This document shows, piece after piece, positions 8,135 to 17,970 of a stretch of DNA of 42,754 nt. Below the pieces are notes generated by a model. That model saw nothing but the letters and a program-made list of their open reading frames with translations. It did no database searches and was not told where the DNA came from. This stretch comes from an uncultured Acidobacteriaceae bacterium (GTDB taxonomy: Bacteria > Acidobacteriota > Terriglobia > Terriglobales > Acidobacteriaceae): the NCBI GenBank assembly GCA_964247445.1, contig CAXTUV010000001.1, positions 1 to 42,754 on the forward strand. The letters run 5' to 3'. A program made the translations under genes and the position numbers. The first letter of the stretch is position 1; each line of letters begins with the position of its first letter.

Positions 8135-10708
8135 GTGAAATGGTCTGCACTCGCAATCAGCGTCGTCTTTGGCTTTTCCAGCCTTGCCGCACCCAGCGCG
8201 CGCATTTCGTCACCGAATGAAGCGTTCGGCTTCCCGCTCGGCGCGGACCGCAAGCTCGCCGACTGGGGACAGCTGGTCGGCTATTTCCGCACACTTGGGC
8301 AGGAGAGCGACCGCATCCGTTTTGAGGAGCTGGGTAAGACCACCGAAGGCCGCCCGTATATAGCGCTTACGATTTCCGCGCCTGAGAACCTGGCGCACCT
8401 TGACGAGTACAAGAGCATCACGAAGCGCCTTTCAGACGCGCGCGCAACCACCCCCGACGAAGCCGCCAAGCTCATCGCGCGCGGCAAGACGATTGTGGTC
8501 GTCACCTGCAACATTCACTCGACCGAGATCGCGAGCTCGCAGTCAGCCGCAGCGTTCGCGTACAAGCTGGCCACCGCCGACGACCCGGACACACAGCGCA
8601 TCCTCCAAAACGTCATCATCGTTCTGGTGCCTTCGCTCAACCCCGACGGCCAACAGCTGGTCGTGGACTGGTACAAGAAATACCTGGGTACGCCCTACGA
8701 GGGATCAAGCCCGGTGGTGCTGTATCACAAGTACGTAGGGCACGACGACAACCGCGACTGGTACGGCTTCACGCAGGTGGAAACGCGGCTGCTGGTCGAC
8801 AAGGTACTGAACGGCTACCACCCGCAGGCGTTATACGACCTGCACCAGATGGGTGCGTACGGCCCGCGCATGTACATGCCGCCTTGGGTCGACCCGATCG
8901 ACCCCAATGTGGACCCGCTGCTCCAGCAGTCCATGAATGCGCTCGGCTCGTCCATGGCGCTTGACGTGGCGCGGAGCGGACAGCAAGGCGTGCTGATCCA
9001 CGGCGTATACGACCTGTGGTCGCCGGGACGCTGCTACATGTGCTACCACGACACGCTGCGGGTTCTGACCGAGTCGGCGAGCGCCAACCTGGCCACGCCG
9101 GCCGAAATCCCGTTCGAGAAACTCGATAAGGGCATCGGCTACGACGCCAAGGTCGCGGCGTGGAACTTCCCAAACCCCTGGCTGGGCGGCACCTGGCGCA
9201 TGGGTGACATCGTGCGCGACCAGGAAGCGGCGTTTGAGTCCTTCACCCGCTCCGCCGCGCTCGACCGCGAAAAGTATCTCCGCGACTACTACACCGTGGC
9301 GCAGCACCAGATCGCGCCCAAGGACGCGCCGTACGCCTATGTGATCCCATCCGGGCAGACGGACCCCGCCGTGGAAGCGCGGCTCGTGAACATCTTGCGC
9401 GAAGGCGAGATCGAGGTCGGGCAGGCGACTGCGGAGTTCGAGGCCGGCGGAGAGCGCTTTCCGGCAGGCAGCTATGTTGTGCCCATCGCGCAGCCGTTCG
9501 GCGCATGGGCCAAAACGCTGCTCGAAATCCAGCACTACCCGGACCTGCGCGAGTATCCGGGCGGCCCGCCGCAGCGCCCCTATGACGTTACCGCGCAAAC
9601 GCTGCCGTTGTTGTTCGGCCTGCGCGCGGTGGAGGTCAAAGACCGGTTCACGGCCGCTACCGTGCCGGTGGGGCAGGCCGCGCTGCCGCCTACGGCCATT
9701 CCTGCCCGTGCGCCGTTCGGCTATCTGATTAACGACCGCTCCAACAGCAGCTTGTACGCGCTGTGGGCGCTTACCGGCGAGGGTGTGCGCGCCTACCGGC
9801 TTACAGGCGGCGGCCAAGCGCCAGGCACCATCTTCCTGCCGCAGCAGCCGGGGCTTGCGGGCAAGCTACAAGCGCTGACGGTGAAGTTTCCGCTTGCGCT
9901 GAGCGCAGCGGCAGCTGCTCCGTCCGGCACGGCGTTGGAGGTCAAGCAGCCGCGCATGGGTCTTTACCAGAGCTGGGTAGCCTCGCTCGATGAGGGTTGG
10001 ACGCGCTGGATTTTCGACCAGAACAGCATCCCGTACACACGGCTGGTGGATGCGGAAATACGCAAGGGCGACCTCCGGAGCCGGTTCGACGTGATCGTGC
10101 TGCCCGACAACGCGCCCGCCGCCATTACCAGCGGCCGGGTCGGTAGGGGCGAGGACGAGGGCGGCCCGAAAGTCCCGCCTGAGTTCACAGGCGGATTGGG
10201 CCCGGACGGACTCGCGGCGCTCGACGCGTTCGCCAAAGCCGGCGGTACGATCGTGACGCTGAACCGTGCATCCGGTGTGTACGCAAAGAAAGACGGCCCG
10301 GTCGCGAATGCCTTGGACGGCGTACCGCCCAAGCAGTTTTACATCCCCGGTTCCATCCTCGAGGTAAAGGTCGACCCGAGCGACCCCGTATGTTTCGGCG
10401 CTCCCGCCAAGCTCCCGATCTTCTTCGAGATGAGCCCGGCATTCACGGTGTCGGGCGCGGCGCAGGCCCCGGCTTCGTACACGAGCGACAATCCGCTCTT
10501 GAGCGGCTGGATCCTGGGCGGCGCGAAGCTCAACGGGGAGGCTGCGATCGCGGAAGAGCCGCTCGGCGCGGGCCGGATCATCCTGTTCGGCTTCAGGCCG
10601 CAGTACCGCGCGCAATCGGAGGGTACCTACAAGTTGTTCCTCAACGCGCTGCTGCTTGCGAGTTCCACCAAAGCAAACCTGCCGCAGGCCGCGAGTGCGC
10701 GGCGCTGA
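8135..10708 (+). CDS. Secreted M14 zinc carboxypeptidase with C-terminal glutamine-amidotransferase-like domain
   Basis: Signal peptide, GKTTEGRP, IHSTE (HxxE), PSLNPDG, DDNRD, DLHQM and LTES. C-terminal DEGWTRW and FGFRPQYR. Confidence 0.9.
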   Translation: MKWSALAISVVFGFSSLAAPSARISSPNEAFGFPLGADRKLADWGQLVGYFRTLGQESDRIRFEELGKTTEGRPYIALTISAPENLAHLDEYKSITKRLSDARATTPDEAAKLIARGKTIVVVTCNIHSTEIASSQSAAAFAYKLATADDPDTQRILQNVIIVLVPSLNPDGQQLVVDWYKKYLGTPYEGSSPVVLYHKYVGHDDNRDWYGFTQVETRLLVDKVLNGYHPQALYDLHQMGAYGPRMYMPPWVDPIDPNVDPLLQQSMNALGSSMALDVARSGQQGVLIHGVYDLWSPGRCYMCYHDTLRVLTESASANLATPAEIPFEKLDKGIGYDAKVAAWNFPNPWLGGTWRMGDIVRDQEAAFESFTRSAALDREKYLRDYYTVAQHQIAPKDAPYAYVIPSGQTDPAVEARLVNILREGEIEVGQATAEFEAGGERFPAGSYVVPIAQPFGAWAKTLLEIQHYPDLREYPGGPPQRPYDVTAQTLPLLFGLRAVEVKDRFTAATVPVGQAALPPTAIPARAPFGYLINDRSNSSLYALWALTGEGVRAYRLTGGGQAPGTIFLPQQPGLAGKLQALTVKFPLALSAAAAAPSGTALEVKQPRMGLYQSWVASLDEGWTRWIFDQNSIPYTRLVDAEIRKGDLRSRFDVIVLPDNAPAAITSGRVGRGEDEGGPKVPPEFTGGLGPDGLAALDAFAKAGGTIVTLNRASGVYAKKDGPVANALDGVPPKQFYIPGSILEVKVDPSDPVCFGAPAKLPIFFEMSPAFTVSGAAQAPASYTSDNPLLSGWILGGAKLNGEAAIAEEPLGAGRIILFGFRPQYRAQSEGTYKLFLNALLLASSTKANLPQAASARR

Positions 10709-10733
10709 CCCCTCACTCCCACTGGAGGCACAC

Positions 10734-13700
10734 TTGCGAACTCGTCACTCCTTCCTTGTCGCCGCGGCCCTTTCCGCTTCCGTCGGCAGCGCGCCCGCGT
10801 GGGGGCAAGCGCAGATTAGCGGCAGCCTGCGCGGCACGATCGCCGATGCCGCCGGCGCGGCCATCCCGAACGCGACGGTACACCTCGTCAATCCCGGAGA
10901 CAGCTCGGACAGGCCCACGCCGGCGAACGGGCAAGGGCAGTTCACTCTGACCAACGTGCAGCCCGGCACCTACACCGTCCGGGTAGAAGCGCCGGGCTTC
11001 GCCACGCAGGTTTTCAGCAACATCGAGTTCATACTGAATCAGGTACGCAAGCTGAACGTAACGCTCCAACCGGGCGAGGTAAGCCAGCAAGTCGAGGTGA
11101 CCGGCGACACGGCCAGCCTGACCACGCTCGATACCAGCGTCGGATCGCTGATCGATCAGCAGCGCATCCAGGCACTGCCCTTAAATGGGCGCGACTTCCA
11201 GAACCTGATCTTCCTCTCCGCAGGCACCACCCGCGACGCGGGCAGCACCGGCCAGGGCTCGGCGACTGCATCGGGCGGAGCGCGCCCGACCGATAACAAC
11301 TTCCTAATCGACGGCGGCGACTCGAACGACCCGCGCGTTCCATCCGGCTCCGCGGGCAATATCGGCAACTCCACCAGCAGTGTGCCCATCGATGCCATCC
11401 GGGAGTTCACGGTCATCACCTCAAGCCCCACCGCGCAATTCGGACGCTCTTCCGGCTCAGTCGTCAACGTGGTCACGCGCTCTGGTGTCAACGATCTTCA
11501 CTTCACCCTTTGGGAGTTCGCCCGGAACAAGGCCCTGAACACCCGCAACTTCTTCAACCCGGTCGGCTTCAAGTCGCCCTTCAACGAAAACCAGTTCGGC
11601 GGCTGGGGCGGCGGCAAGCTGCGGCGCGACAAGCTTTTCCTTTCGGCGGCTTACGAGGGGTTTCGGCAGCGCTCCACCACGCCGACCAACGTGCAGGTGC
11701 CGACGACGCAGTTTATTGATGCGCTCACGCAGCCGCTCACGCAGGCGCTGTTCCGGGGAGCCTACCCTGCGGTCAACGGCCCGGCTTTCGACCCGACCAA
11801 CCCCGCAACCTGGCAGGGTTCGCTCAACCGCAACATCGCGAACAACGTCGACGCGGACACGGGCTTTGTCCGGCTCGACCAGAACTTTTCCGAGAAGAAC
11901 CAGGCATTCGCGACGCTCAGCATCGTGGACGCCGTACCCGCCGCCGCGCTGAACGGCGGCAACCTGCCCGGCGATGGGGTGGGCCAAACAGGCCGTGATT
12001 ACCATGCAGTGGTCCAGGACACGTACATTCTTTCGCCGCACCTGCTCAATACCGCGCGCGTGAGCCTCCAGCGTACCCCGACCGCTTACAAGTATGAGGA
12101 CCCGCTCGCAGGGCTTGTCGCCGCGGGTGCGCTGCGGCCGGCCGGGCCGAACGCGGGCACGCCATTCTCGCCCAATGTCGCCGACCCGAACGGCATTCCG
12201 ACCATCGCATTTCTGTCGGGCCGGTTCAACACGATCGGCGTCGCGAACAACTTTCCTCAAGGCCGCACGGAAGACGTGCTCACTTATCAGAACTCCATTG
12301 ACTGGGAGCGCGGCCGGCACGACATCAAAGCCGGATTCCAGCTGGCGCGGGTGTATGACAATACGATCTTCAGCAACAACTTGCGGCCGTCTGATTCCGT
12401 GCTCGACTCGGTGGCCGCCCCGGCGGCGAACGGGCTTACCGCGGCGCAAGCCACGGCGCAGGCTGAGTTTGCGAACATCAATGCGCTTGCACTCAACACG
12501 CAGCAGCAGTCCTTCTACAACTCCGGCTCCTCCGAGCGCGGCTACCGACTCACGGAGCAGGGCTACTTCGTGCAGGACACCTGGCGCGCGACCGACCGCA
12601 TTACGCTTGATCTGGGCTTGCGGTACGAGATCTACAACCCATTCAACGAAACGCGCGGCCTGTTGTCGAACGCCTACGTGTTGGGCGCAAACGGCAGGCC
12701 GGAGGCTTGCACGCACTTGCCCTACGACGCCGGGCTCGCGGGGGCCGCGGTCGTCAATCCTACTCAGTACGGCATCGGCAGCTACTGCACCAAGTACAAC
12801 AATCTCGCGCCGCGCATCGGGATCGCTTGGGACGCAAAGGGCAATGGGCAAACGGTGGTGCGCGCCGGGTACGGCATCTATTACGACCGGGTGTTCGGCA
12901 ATATCTACGGCAACTCGCGCTTCAATCCGCCTTTTACTGTGTCGACTACGCTGGCGGGCGGCAATTACACCGGACAGACCGCCTCATCCGCCGTCAATCC
13001 GACGAACGCATACAGCTTGACCACGATTGACCCGGGCCTCCGCAACCCGCTCACCGAGGGCTACAACCTGGCTGTTTCGCAGCAGCTGGACAACAATACG
13101 GTGCTGACCCTGACCTATGTGGGCGCTGCCGGTTCACGCCTGCTCGCAACGCAGCAGCCCAACCTGGGGGCGAGCTTCGCGAACGGCTTTCGCCCGTCGA
13201 ACGGCGGCCCTGGTACGCGCTCGCAGACTGATATCACGGACGGCGTGATCCGTGCGCCGTTCGCTGACTTCACGCACCGCGTCTCGATCGCGGGCTCGAG
13301 CTACAACGCGTTCCTGGCCGATGCGCGGCGCAGGCTCGCGAACGGCTTGACGGTGGAAGGCGCGTATACCTGGAGCCACAGCCGCGACGACCTTTCAGAC
13401 GACGTCACCGGTTCAAACGACTCATCGACGCCGCAAGCTACGCTTGAGAACCTGCTGGCTCCGCTGATGGCGGCAGGCAGCTCCTGCCCTGGAGCCGCCG
13501 GAACGCCTTCCGCCGCCTCGCGGCTACAAGCGGCGGTGATCTGCGCCACCGGCAATCCCCAGCTTTCCGCGGCGCAGGCCGAGGGTATTTTTGTGCAGAA
13601 CTACCTGCGCTACGCGCCTATCCAGTACAACTATGGCGATTCGTCCTACGACCTGCGCCAGCGTTTCGCGGGCAGCGTGATCTACGCGCTGCCGTTCGGC

Positions 13701-14240
13701 CGCAATGCTCATTTCCTTGCCGCACTGCCCTCGGCCGCGGACCACGCCGTAAGCGGTTGGTCGGTCAGCTCCATCGTGGACACGCAGACCGGCACTCCGT
13801 TTATCCCGGTCAGCGGTTCGGACGCGAATAAAGACGGCAACACAAACGACCGCACGGTCGCGGTCGGCAACCTGGGGGCAAAGAGCGGGCACTTGGTGAA
13901 GAGCTTCGGCGGCCCCGTCCCTGTCGTGACCTACTTCAACAACCAAGCGGCGCAAAGCGTGGGTGACGGCGTCGTGGATCCGCGGCAGCGGTTGGAGCGC
14001 GGCACCCTGCGGCAGCCCGGCATCACTAACTGGGACTTCCAGGCCGTAAAGGCGACTAAGCTCACCGAGCAGCTCAACCTCCGCTTTTCCGCCGACTTCT
14101 TCAACATCCTGAATCACACCAACTTCAATCCTCTGACCACCAGCATTACAAGCGCGACCTATGGGCAGTCGCTGTCGCAGCGCTTGCTGGGGCAAACCGA
14201 GGCGCGCCAGATACAGTTCGGCCTCAAGCTGGAGTACTGA
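10734..14240 (+). CDS. TonB-dependent receptor (Oar-like) with N-terminal carboxypeptidase-regulatory-like domain
   Basis: GGAGG RBS with TTG start at 10734 and a signal peptide. Motifs PGTYTVRVEAPGF, LPLNGRDF, NNFLIDG, DAIREF, FGRSSG, QDTWR, LGLRYE, APRIGIAWD and terminal RQIQFGLKLEY. Confidence 0.93.
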   Translation: MRTRHSFLVAAALSASVGSAPAWGQAQISGSLRGTIADAAGAAIPNATVHLVNPGDSSDRPTPANGQGQFTLTNVQPGTYTVRVEAPGFATQVFSNIEFILNQVRKLNVTLQPGEVSQQVEVTGDTASLTTLDTSVGSLIDQQRIQALPLNGRDFQNLIFLSAGTTRDAGSTGQGSATASGGARPTDNNFLIDGGDSNDPRVPSGSAGNIGNSTSSVPIDAIREFTVITSSPTAQFGRSSGSVVNVVTRSGVNDLHFTLWEFARNKALNTRNFFNPVGFKSPFNENQFGGWGGGKLRRDKLFLSAAYEGFRQRSTTPTNVQVPTTQFIDALTQPLTQALFRGAYPAVNGPAFDPTNPATWQGSLNRNIANNVDADTGFVRLDQNFSEKNQAFATLSIVDAVPAAALNGGNLPGDGVGQTGRDYHAVVQDTYILSPHLLNTARVSLQRTPTAYKYEDPLAGLVAAGALRPAGPNAGTPFSPNVADPNGIPTIAFLSGRFNTIGVANNFPQGRTEDVLTYQNSIDWERGRHDIKAGFQLARVYDNTIFSNNLRPSDSVLDSVAAPAANGLTAAQATAQAEFANINALALNTQQQSFYNSGSSERGYRLTEQGYFVQDTWRATDRITLDLGLRYEIYNPFNETRGLLSNAYVLGANGRPEACTHLPYDAGLAGAAVVNPTQYGIGSYCTKYNNLAPRIGIAWDAKGNGQTVVRAGYGIYYDRVFGNIYGNSRFNPPFTVSTTLAGGNYTGQTASSAVNPTNAYSLTTIDPGLRNPLTEGYNLAVSQQLDNNTVLTLTYVGAAGSRLLATQQPNLGASFANGFRPSNGGPGTRSQTDITDGVIRAPFADFTHRVSIAGSSYNAFLADARRRLANGLTVEGAYTWSHSRDDLSDDVTGSNDSSTPQATLENLLAPLMAAGSSCPGAAGTPSAASRLQAAVICATGNPQLSAAQAEGIFVQNYLRYAPIQYNYGDSSYDLRQRFAGSVIYALPFGRNAHFLAALPSAADHAVSGWSVSSIVDTQTGTPFIPVSGSDANKDGNTNDRTVAVGNLGAKSGHLVKSFGGPVPVVTYFNNQAAQSVGDGVVDPRQRLERGTLRQPGITNWDFQAVKATKLTEQLNLRFSADFFNILNHTNFNPLTTSITSATYGQSLSQRLLGQTEARQIQFGLKLEY

Positions 14241-14262
14241 TCCTCGCTCTGGAGAAATGAAT

Positions 14263-16248
14263 ATGCAGACGCACCGACGGCTTGCCGGCCTTCTCTTTCT
14301 CGCCGCTTTCTCGGCTGAAGCGCAGCGCGGCTCCTTGACGCTGGATGACCTACTCGCGGCCAAGCCCATCACGGAAAGCGCCGTTTCTCCGGACGGCGCG
14401 CGAGTCGCGTTCACGCGCGAAGGGCAGATCTACACCATGCCGCTGACGGGCGGCTGGCCCGCGGAGCTGACCGCCGGCGGCACTCCGAAAAGCGCGATCA
14501 ACTGGTCGCCGGACGGCAAGTCTGTCGCATTCGCGAGCCGCGGCAGCATTTGGACCGTTCCGGCTGTCGGCGGCGAACCCCGGCGCTTGACCAATGCCGT
14601 GCCCGCCGCGACCGGCGACCCCAGGGAGGCCGCCGACCGCGGGCCGCAATGGTCGCCCAAAGGCGGCTGGCTCTTGTTCGCCACGGGCCGGCGCGGGCAC
14701 AACAGCCTGATGACCGTGCGGGAAGACGGCGAGGCGGAAAGCTTTGTCGCCGACCCGCGCGAAGGCGACGCGGACGAGGGCGTGTGGTCGCCGGACGGCG
14801 CGGCGGTGGCTTACGTGCTGCGCACGCGCGAGCACTTCAGCGGCGAAATCCGGGTACAGGCGGTGGACCCGCGTTCCGGGCAGCCTGAGGGCGCGGCAGT
14901 GACGGTGTACACGGCACCAGTGGATGCCGGCGGAAGCTGGGCGGTGCGCGGGTTAAAGTGGACGCCGGACGGCAAGCACCTCGCGGCTGTGCTACAGACT
15001 TCCGGCTGGGACCACATCTACCTGCTTGACCCCCGAGCGGGTGCCGCGCCGCAAGTCCTGACCGGCGGGGAAAGCGAGGACGAAGCGCCCGAGTTCTCGC
15101 CGGACGGTCGCTCTGTCGCCTTTGTTTCGAACAGAAACGAGGACGGCGGCTCGCCCGAGCAGCGCCGGGTGTGGGTGCAAACCCTGGGCGGAGGCGCGCC
15201 GCGCCTGCTGGCCGCGCAGGATATGCCGGGCGTGGACGCCGACCCGCGATGGACCCCGGACGGCAAGGCGGTGCTTTTCCGGCGTGAGTCGCCGCTGCAC
15301 CCGGCCGACCTGTACACGGCGGAAGCCACGGGCGGCGCGGCGCGAGCCCTTACCCACACCCTGCCCGGCAGCTACGAGGGCGCGCTCCAAGTGCCGGAGC
15401 GCGTGAGCTGGAAGGGCGGCAACGGCTTGCCCGTGGACGGCCTCCTGTACACCGCGCGGCATGGCAAGCCGGGCGTACCCCCGCCGGCGGTGCTTTGGGT
15501 CCACGGCGGCCCGGAAGGGCAGGATCTGTTCCGCCTGGATCTGTGGGCGCAGTACCTGGCCGACGCGGGTTTCACGGTTCTGGAGCCGAACTACCGCGGC
15601 TCTATCGGGTACGGCGAGCACTTCCGCAACCTAAACGTGCGCGACAGCAACGGCGGCGAGGTGGACGATGTCGCGGCGGGAGCGCAGTACCTAGTCGACC
15701 GCAAGCTGGCCGACCCCAAACGGTTGGCTATCGGCGGCGGCTCGCACGGCGGCACCATGACGGCGTACATGGTCGTCCATTACCCGCGATTGTTCGCGGC
15801 GGCGATTGAAGGCTACGGCGTGGTGGACCGCGCGTTGTTCGTGGAGCGTACCAACCCGAACTCAGCTATCCGTTGGCAGATGAAGATGGGCGGCTCGCCG
15901 ACGGAAGCGCCCGAGGCGTACGCAAAGGCCGACGTGCTGCTCCAAGTGGACAAGGTGCAAACCCCCGTGCTGATTCTCCACGGCGAAAACGACCCGCAAG
16001 TACCGCCGGCTGAGTCCGCCGCCTTCGCCAGGGCGCTTGCCGCGCACGGCAAAACTTTCTTCTACTACACCTACCCCGGCGAGCTGCACGGCTTCAGCAA
16101 GCCGGACCACCGCCTGGACGCTTGGGGCAAGGAGCGTGCATTCCTGGACCATTACATCGCCCCGAAGGAAGGCACCACAAACACCGAAATAACCACTGTG
16201 CCTTTTCCTAAGTCAGCGCCGGGCGTGGCGGACGCGCCCACGCCTTAA
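14263..16248 (+). CDS. S9 prolyl-oligopeptidase-family peptidase with PD40/TolB-like beta-propeller
   Basis: Signal peptide and repeated W/FSPDG units. VHGGP, NYRGS.GYG, nucleophile GGSHGG, HGEND and GELHGF give a Ser-Asp-His triad. Confidence 0.93.
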   Translation: MQTHRRLAGLLFLAAFSAEAQRGSLTLDDLLAAKPITESAVSPDGARVAFTREGQIYTMPLTGGWPAELTAGGTPKSAINWSPDGKSVAFASRGSIWTVPAVGGEPRRLTNAVPAATGDPREAADRGPQWSPKGGWLLFATGRRGHNSLMTVREDGEAESFVADPREGDADEGVWSPDGAAVAYVLRTREHFSGEIRVQAVDPRSGQPEGAAVTVYTAPVDAGGSWAVRGLKWTPDGKHLAAVLQTSGWDHIYLLDPRAGAAPQVLTGGESEDEAPEFSPDGRSVAFVSNRNEDGGSPEQRRVWVQTLGGGAPRLLAAQDMPGVDADPRWTPDGKAVLFRRESPLHPADLYTAEATGGAARALTHTLPGSYEGALQVPERVSWKGGNGLPVDGLLYTARHGKPGVPPPAVLWVHGGPEGQDLFRLDLWAQYLADAGFTVLEPNYRGSIGYGEHFRNLNVRDSNGGEVDDVAAGAQYLVDRKLADPKRLAIGGGSHGGTMTAYMVVHYPRLFAAAIEGYGVVDRALFVERTNPNSAIRWQMKMGGSPTEAPEAYAKADVLLQVDKVQTPVLILHGENDPQVPPAESAAFARALAAHGKTFFYYTYPGELHGFSKPDHRLDAWGKERAFLDHYIAPKEGTTNTEITTVPFPKSAPGVADAPTP

Positions 16249-16273
16249 TAGACGCGAGTAGAATTGACGGCTG

Positions 16274-16310
16274 CCTGCCCAACGCTCGCATAAATGCGAC
16301 GGTGGGCAGG
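16274..16310 (+). terminator. Stem-loop downstream of the S9 peptidase gene
   Basis: CCTGCCCA..TCGCAT-aa-ATGCGA..TGGGCAGG followed by T-rich sequence. Confidence 0.45.
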
Positions 16311-16499
16311 TCATGTTTCTCTATTTTGGATTTGTGCCAGGCCGGTATCGGTATTCAAGACGCTGTCGATGCTGACCAGTGCTGAACTAAAGAAGATGAC
16401 ACCGTCCGAAACGGTCGCTTATGAGGAGGCATTACCTCGATTCCGAGAGTCGGTCTATGATGCAGCGAGCTTTCATCTAGGCCTGACGGAAGGTGCACG

Positions 16500-17741
16500 A
16501 TGATCGAGATACTCGACCGCAGCCGCACAGAAGGGCTTGGTCAATGCGATGCAGCGGCTGAAAAAAGCGGCTCAGCACCCTCGACGCGCCTGATCTCTAT
16601 CGATGCTTTGCGAGGCCTCTGCGTGGCCGGGATGGTCTTGGTGAACTTCCCGACCGATTGGGTCTTGCGCTACCACCAGCTCGCACATGCTGACTGGGAC
16701 GGCGCAACGGCAACGGACATGATCTTCCCGTTGTTCCTGTTCCTTTCGGGCTTCTCGATGGTGTACTCCTTCGCTTCGCGAAGCAAGCGGGGCGCATCCC
16801 GAGGCAAACTGGTGCGGCACGTGGTCGCGCGCAGCTCGACGCTCCTTTGCCTCGGGCTCTTTTTGAACGCGCTCCCCTCGTTCGACCTGCACACGCTGCA
16901 TGTCTTCGGCGTGCTGCAGCGCATCGCGCTGTGTTATCTGCTGGGCGGCCTTTTTGTGCTTGGAACCGGGAAGTACGAGAACAGATTCGAACTAAGAGTC
17001 CTTCCTACCGTGATGCTGATGCTTCTGGTGCTTGTGGGGGTATGGGCGGCGGTGCGCTTTGTGCAGGTACCTGGGTATGGAGCCTGGAGGTTTGATCACG
17101 ACGGCAATCTGGGAGCGGTCATAGACCGCGCGCTCTTCGGCAATCGGCACCTTTCCGACTGGGGCGGTCCCAAGCGCATGTGGGACGCGGACGGGCTGCT
17201 GTCCTGCATCAGCGCTGTTCCAAACCTGCTTCTGGGCGCATTGGCGGCAAAGTGGGTTCGGAGCCGCAGAGCGTCCAGAACGGCTGTCTTATGGATGGTG
17301 CTGATGGCCGCGGCTCTGATCGGAGCCGCGTTCGCGCTCAATTCATACCTGGTGATCAACCGCAAGCTTTGGACAGACAGCTTCACAGTTCTCAGCGGTG
17401 GGGTCAGCCTCGGCGTCTTCGCGTTGACGCATCTTTGGCTGGATCAGGGCAGCGAGCGAGGCAAGCAGAAGCGCGGCAAGTGGTTGATGCCGGCGATGGT
17501 GTACGGTTCAAACGCCATTTTGGGGTATGTCATCTACGTGCTGCTGCTTGTGCTTCAAGGCGTGTTCCGGCTGCCTGGAGCACACCCGCCGGCGAACTGG
17601 CTTCCAGGCCGGGCGTACGCGGCGCTATGCCGATGGATCAACCCCTACAATACGTCGCTTTTGTACGGCCTGGTCGCTGTCGCCGTCGTCCTGGGGCTGC
17701 TCTGGATCCCTTACCGGAGAAACATCTTTCTTAAGCTCTAA
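16500..17741 (+). CDS. HGSNAT/NagX-like (DUF5009) multi-pass membrane acyltransferase
   Basis: RLISIDALRG...MVLVN, HADWDG.T.TDMIFPLFLF, GVLQRIALCY, D.DGLLS, INRKLWT.SF and GSNAI; about 11 TM segments. Confidence 0.88.
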   Translation: MIEILDRSRTEGLGQCDAAAEKSGSAPSTRLISIDALRGLCVAGMVLVNFPTDWVLRYHQLAHADWDGATATDMIFPLFLFLSGFSMVYSFASRSKRGASRGKLVRHVVARSSTLLCLGLFLNALPSFDLHTLHVFGVLQRIALCYLLGGLFVLGTGKYENRFELRVLPTVMLMLLVLVGVWAAVRFVQVPGYGAWRFDHDGNLGAVIDRALFGNRHLSDWGGPKRMWDADGLLSCISAVPNLLLGALAAKWVRSRRASRTAVLWMVLMAAALIGAAFALNSYLVINRKLWTDSFTVLSGGVSLGVFALTHLWLDQGSERGKQKRGKWLMPAMVYGSNAILGYVIYVLLLVLQGVFRLPGAHPPANWLPGRAYAALCRWINPYNTSLLYGLVAVAVVLGLLWIPYRRNIFLKL

Positions 17742-17970
17742 GAAAAGAAGCCAGCTTTTCCGGCTTGCTGTCAGGTAAGCCGGTTCGAGATCTGATGGAA
17801 ATACTTGCTTGGACGAGTTGAGGTCCAAGCTCGTTTGAACAGCTCCTTATCAGGCCCAGCGTGTACATGCACCTTGAGCAGTCCTATTTATCCGTGCTGT
17901 GCCGGCAAAAACAGTCGTTTGTGACGCTCTAAGTTTTTGGCCTGCTTCCGAGGCCTGCCATCACACAAGC

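Noticed and set aside
11457-12851. 464-aa minus-strand ORF (also 8831-9817, 37082-38320 and 40144-41142)
   Set aside because: Antisense shadows of well-supported genes.
17760-17783. Hairpin CCGGCTT...AAGCCGG after the acyltransferase gene
   Set aside because: Short stem with no U-tract; not enough to call a terminator.
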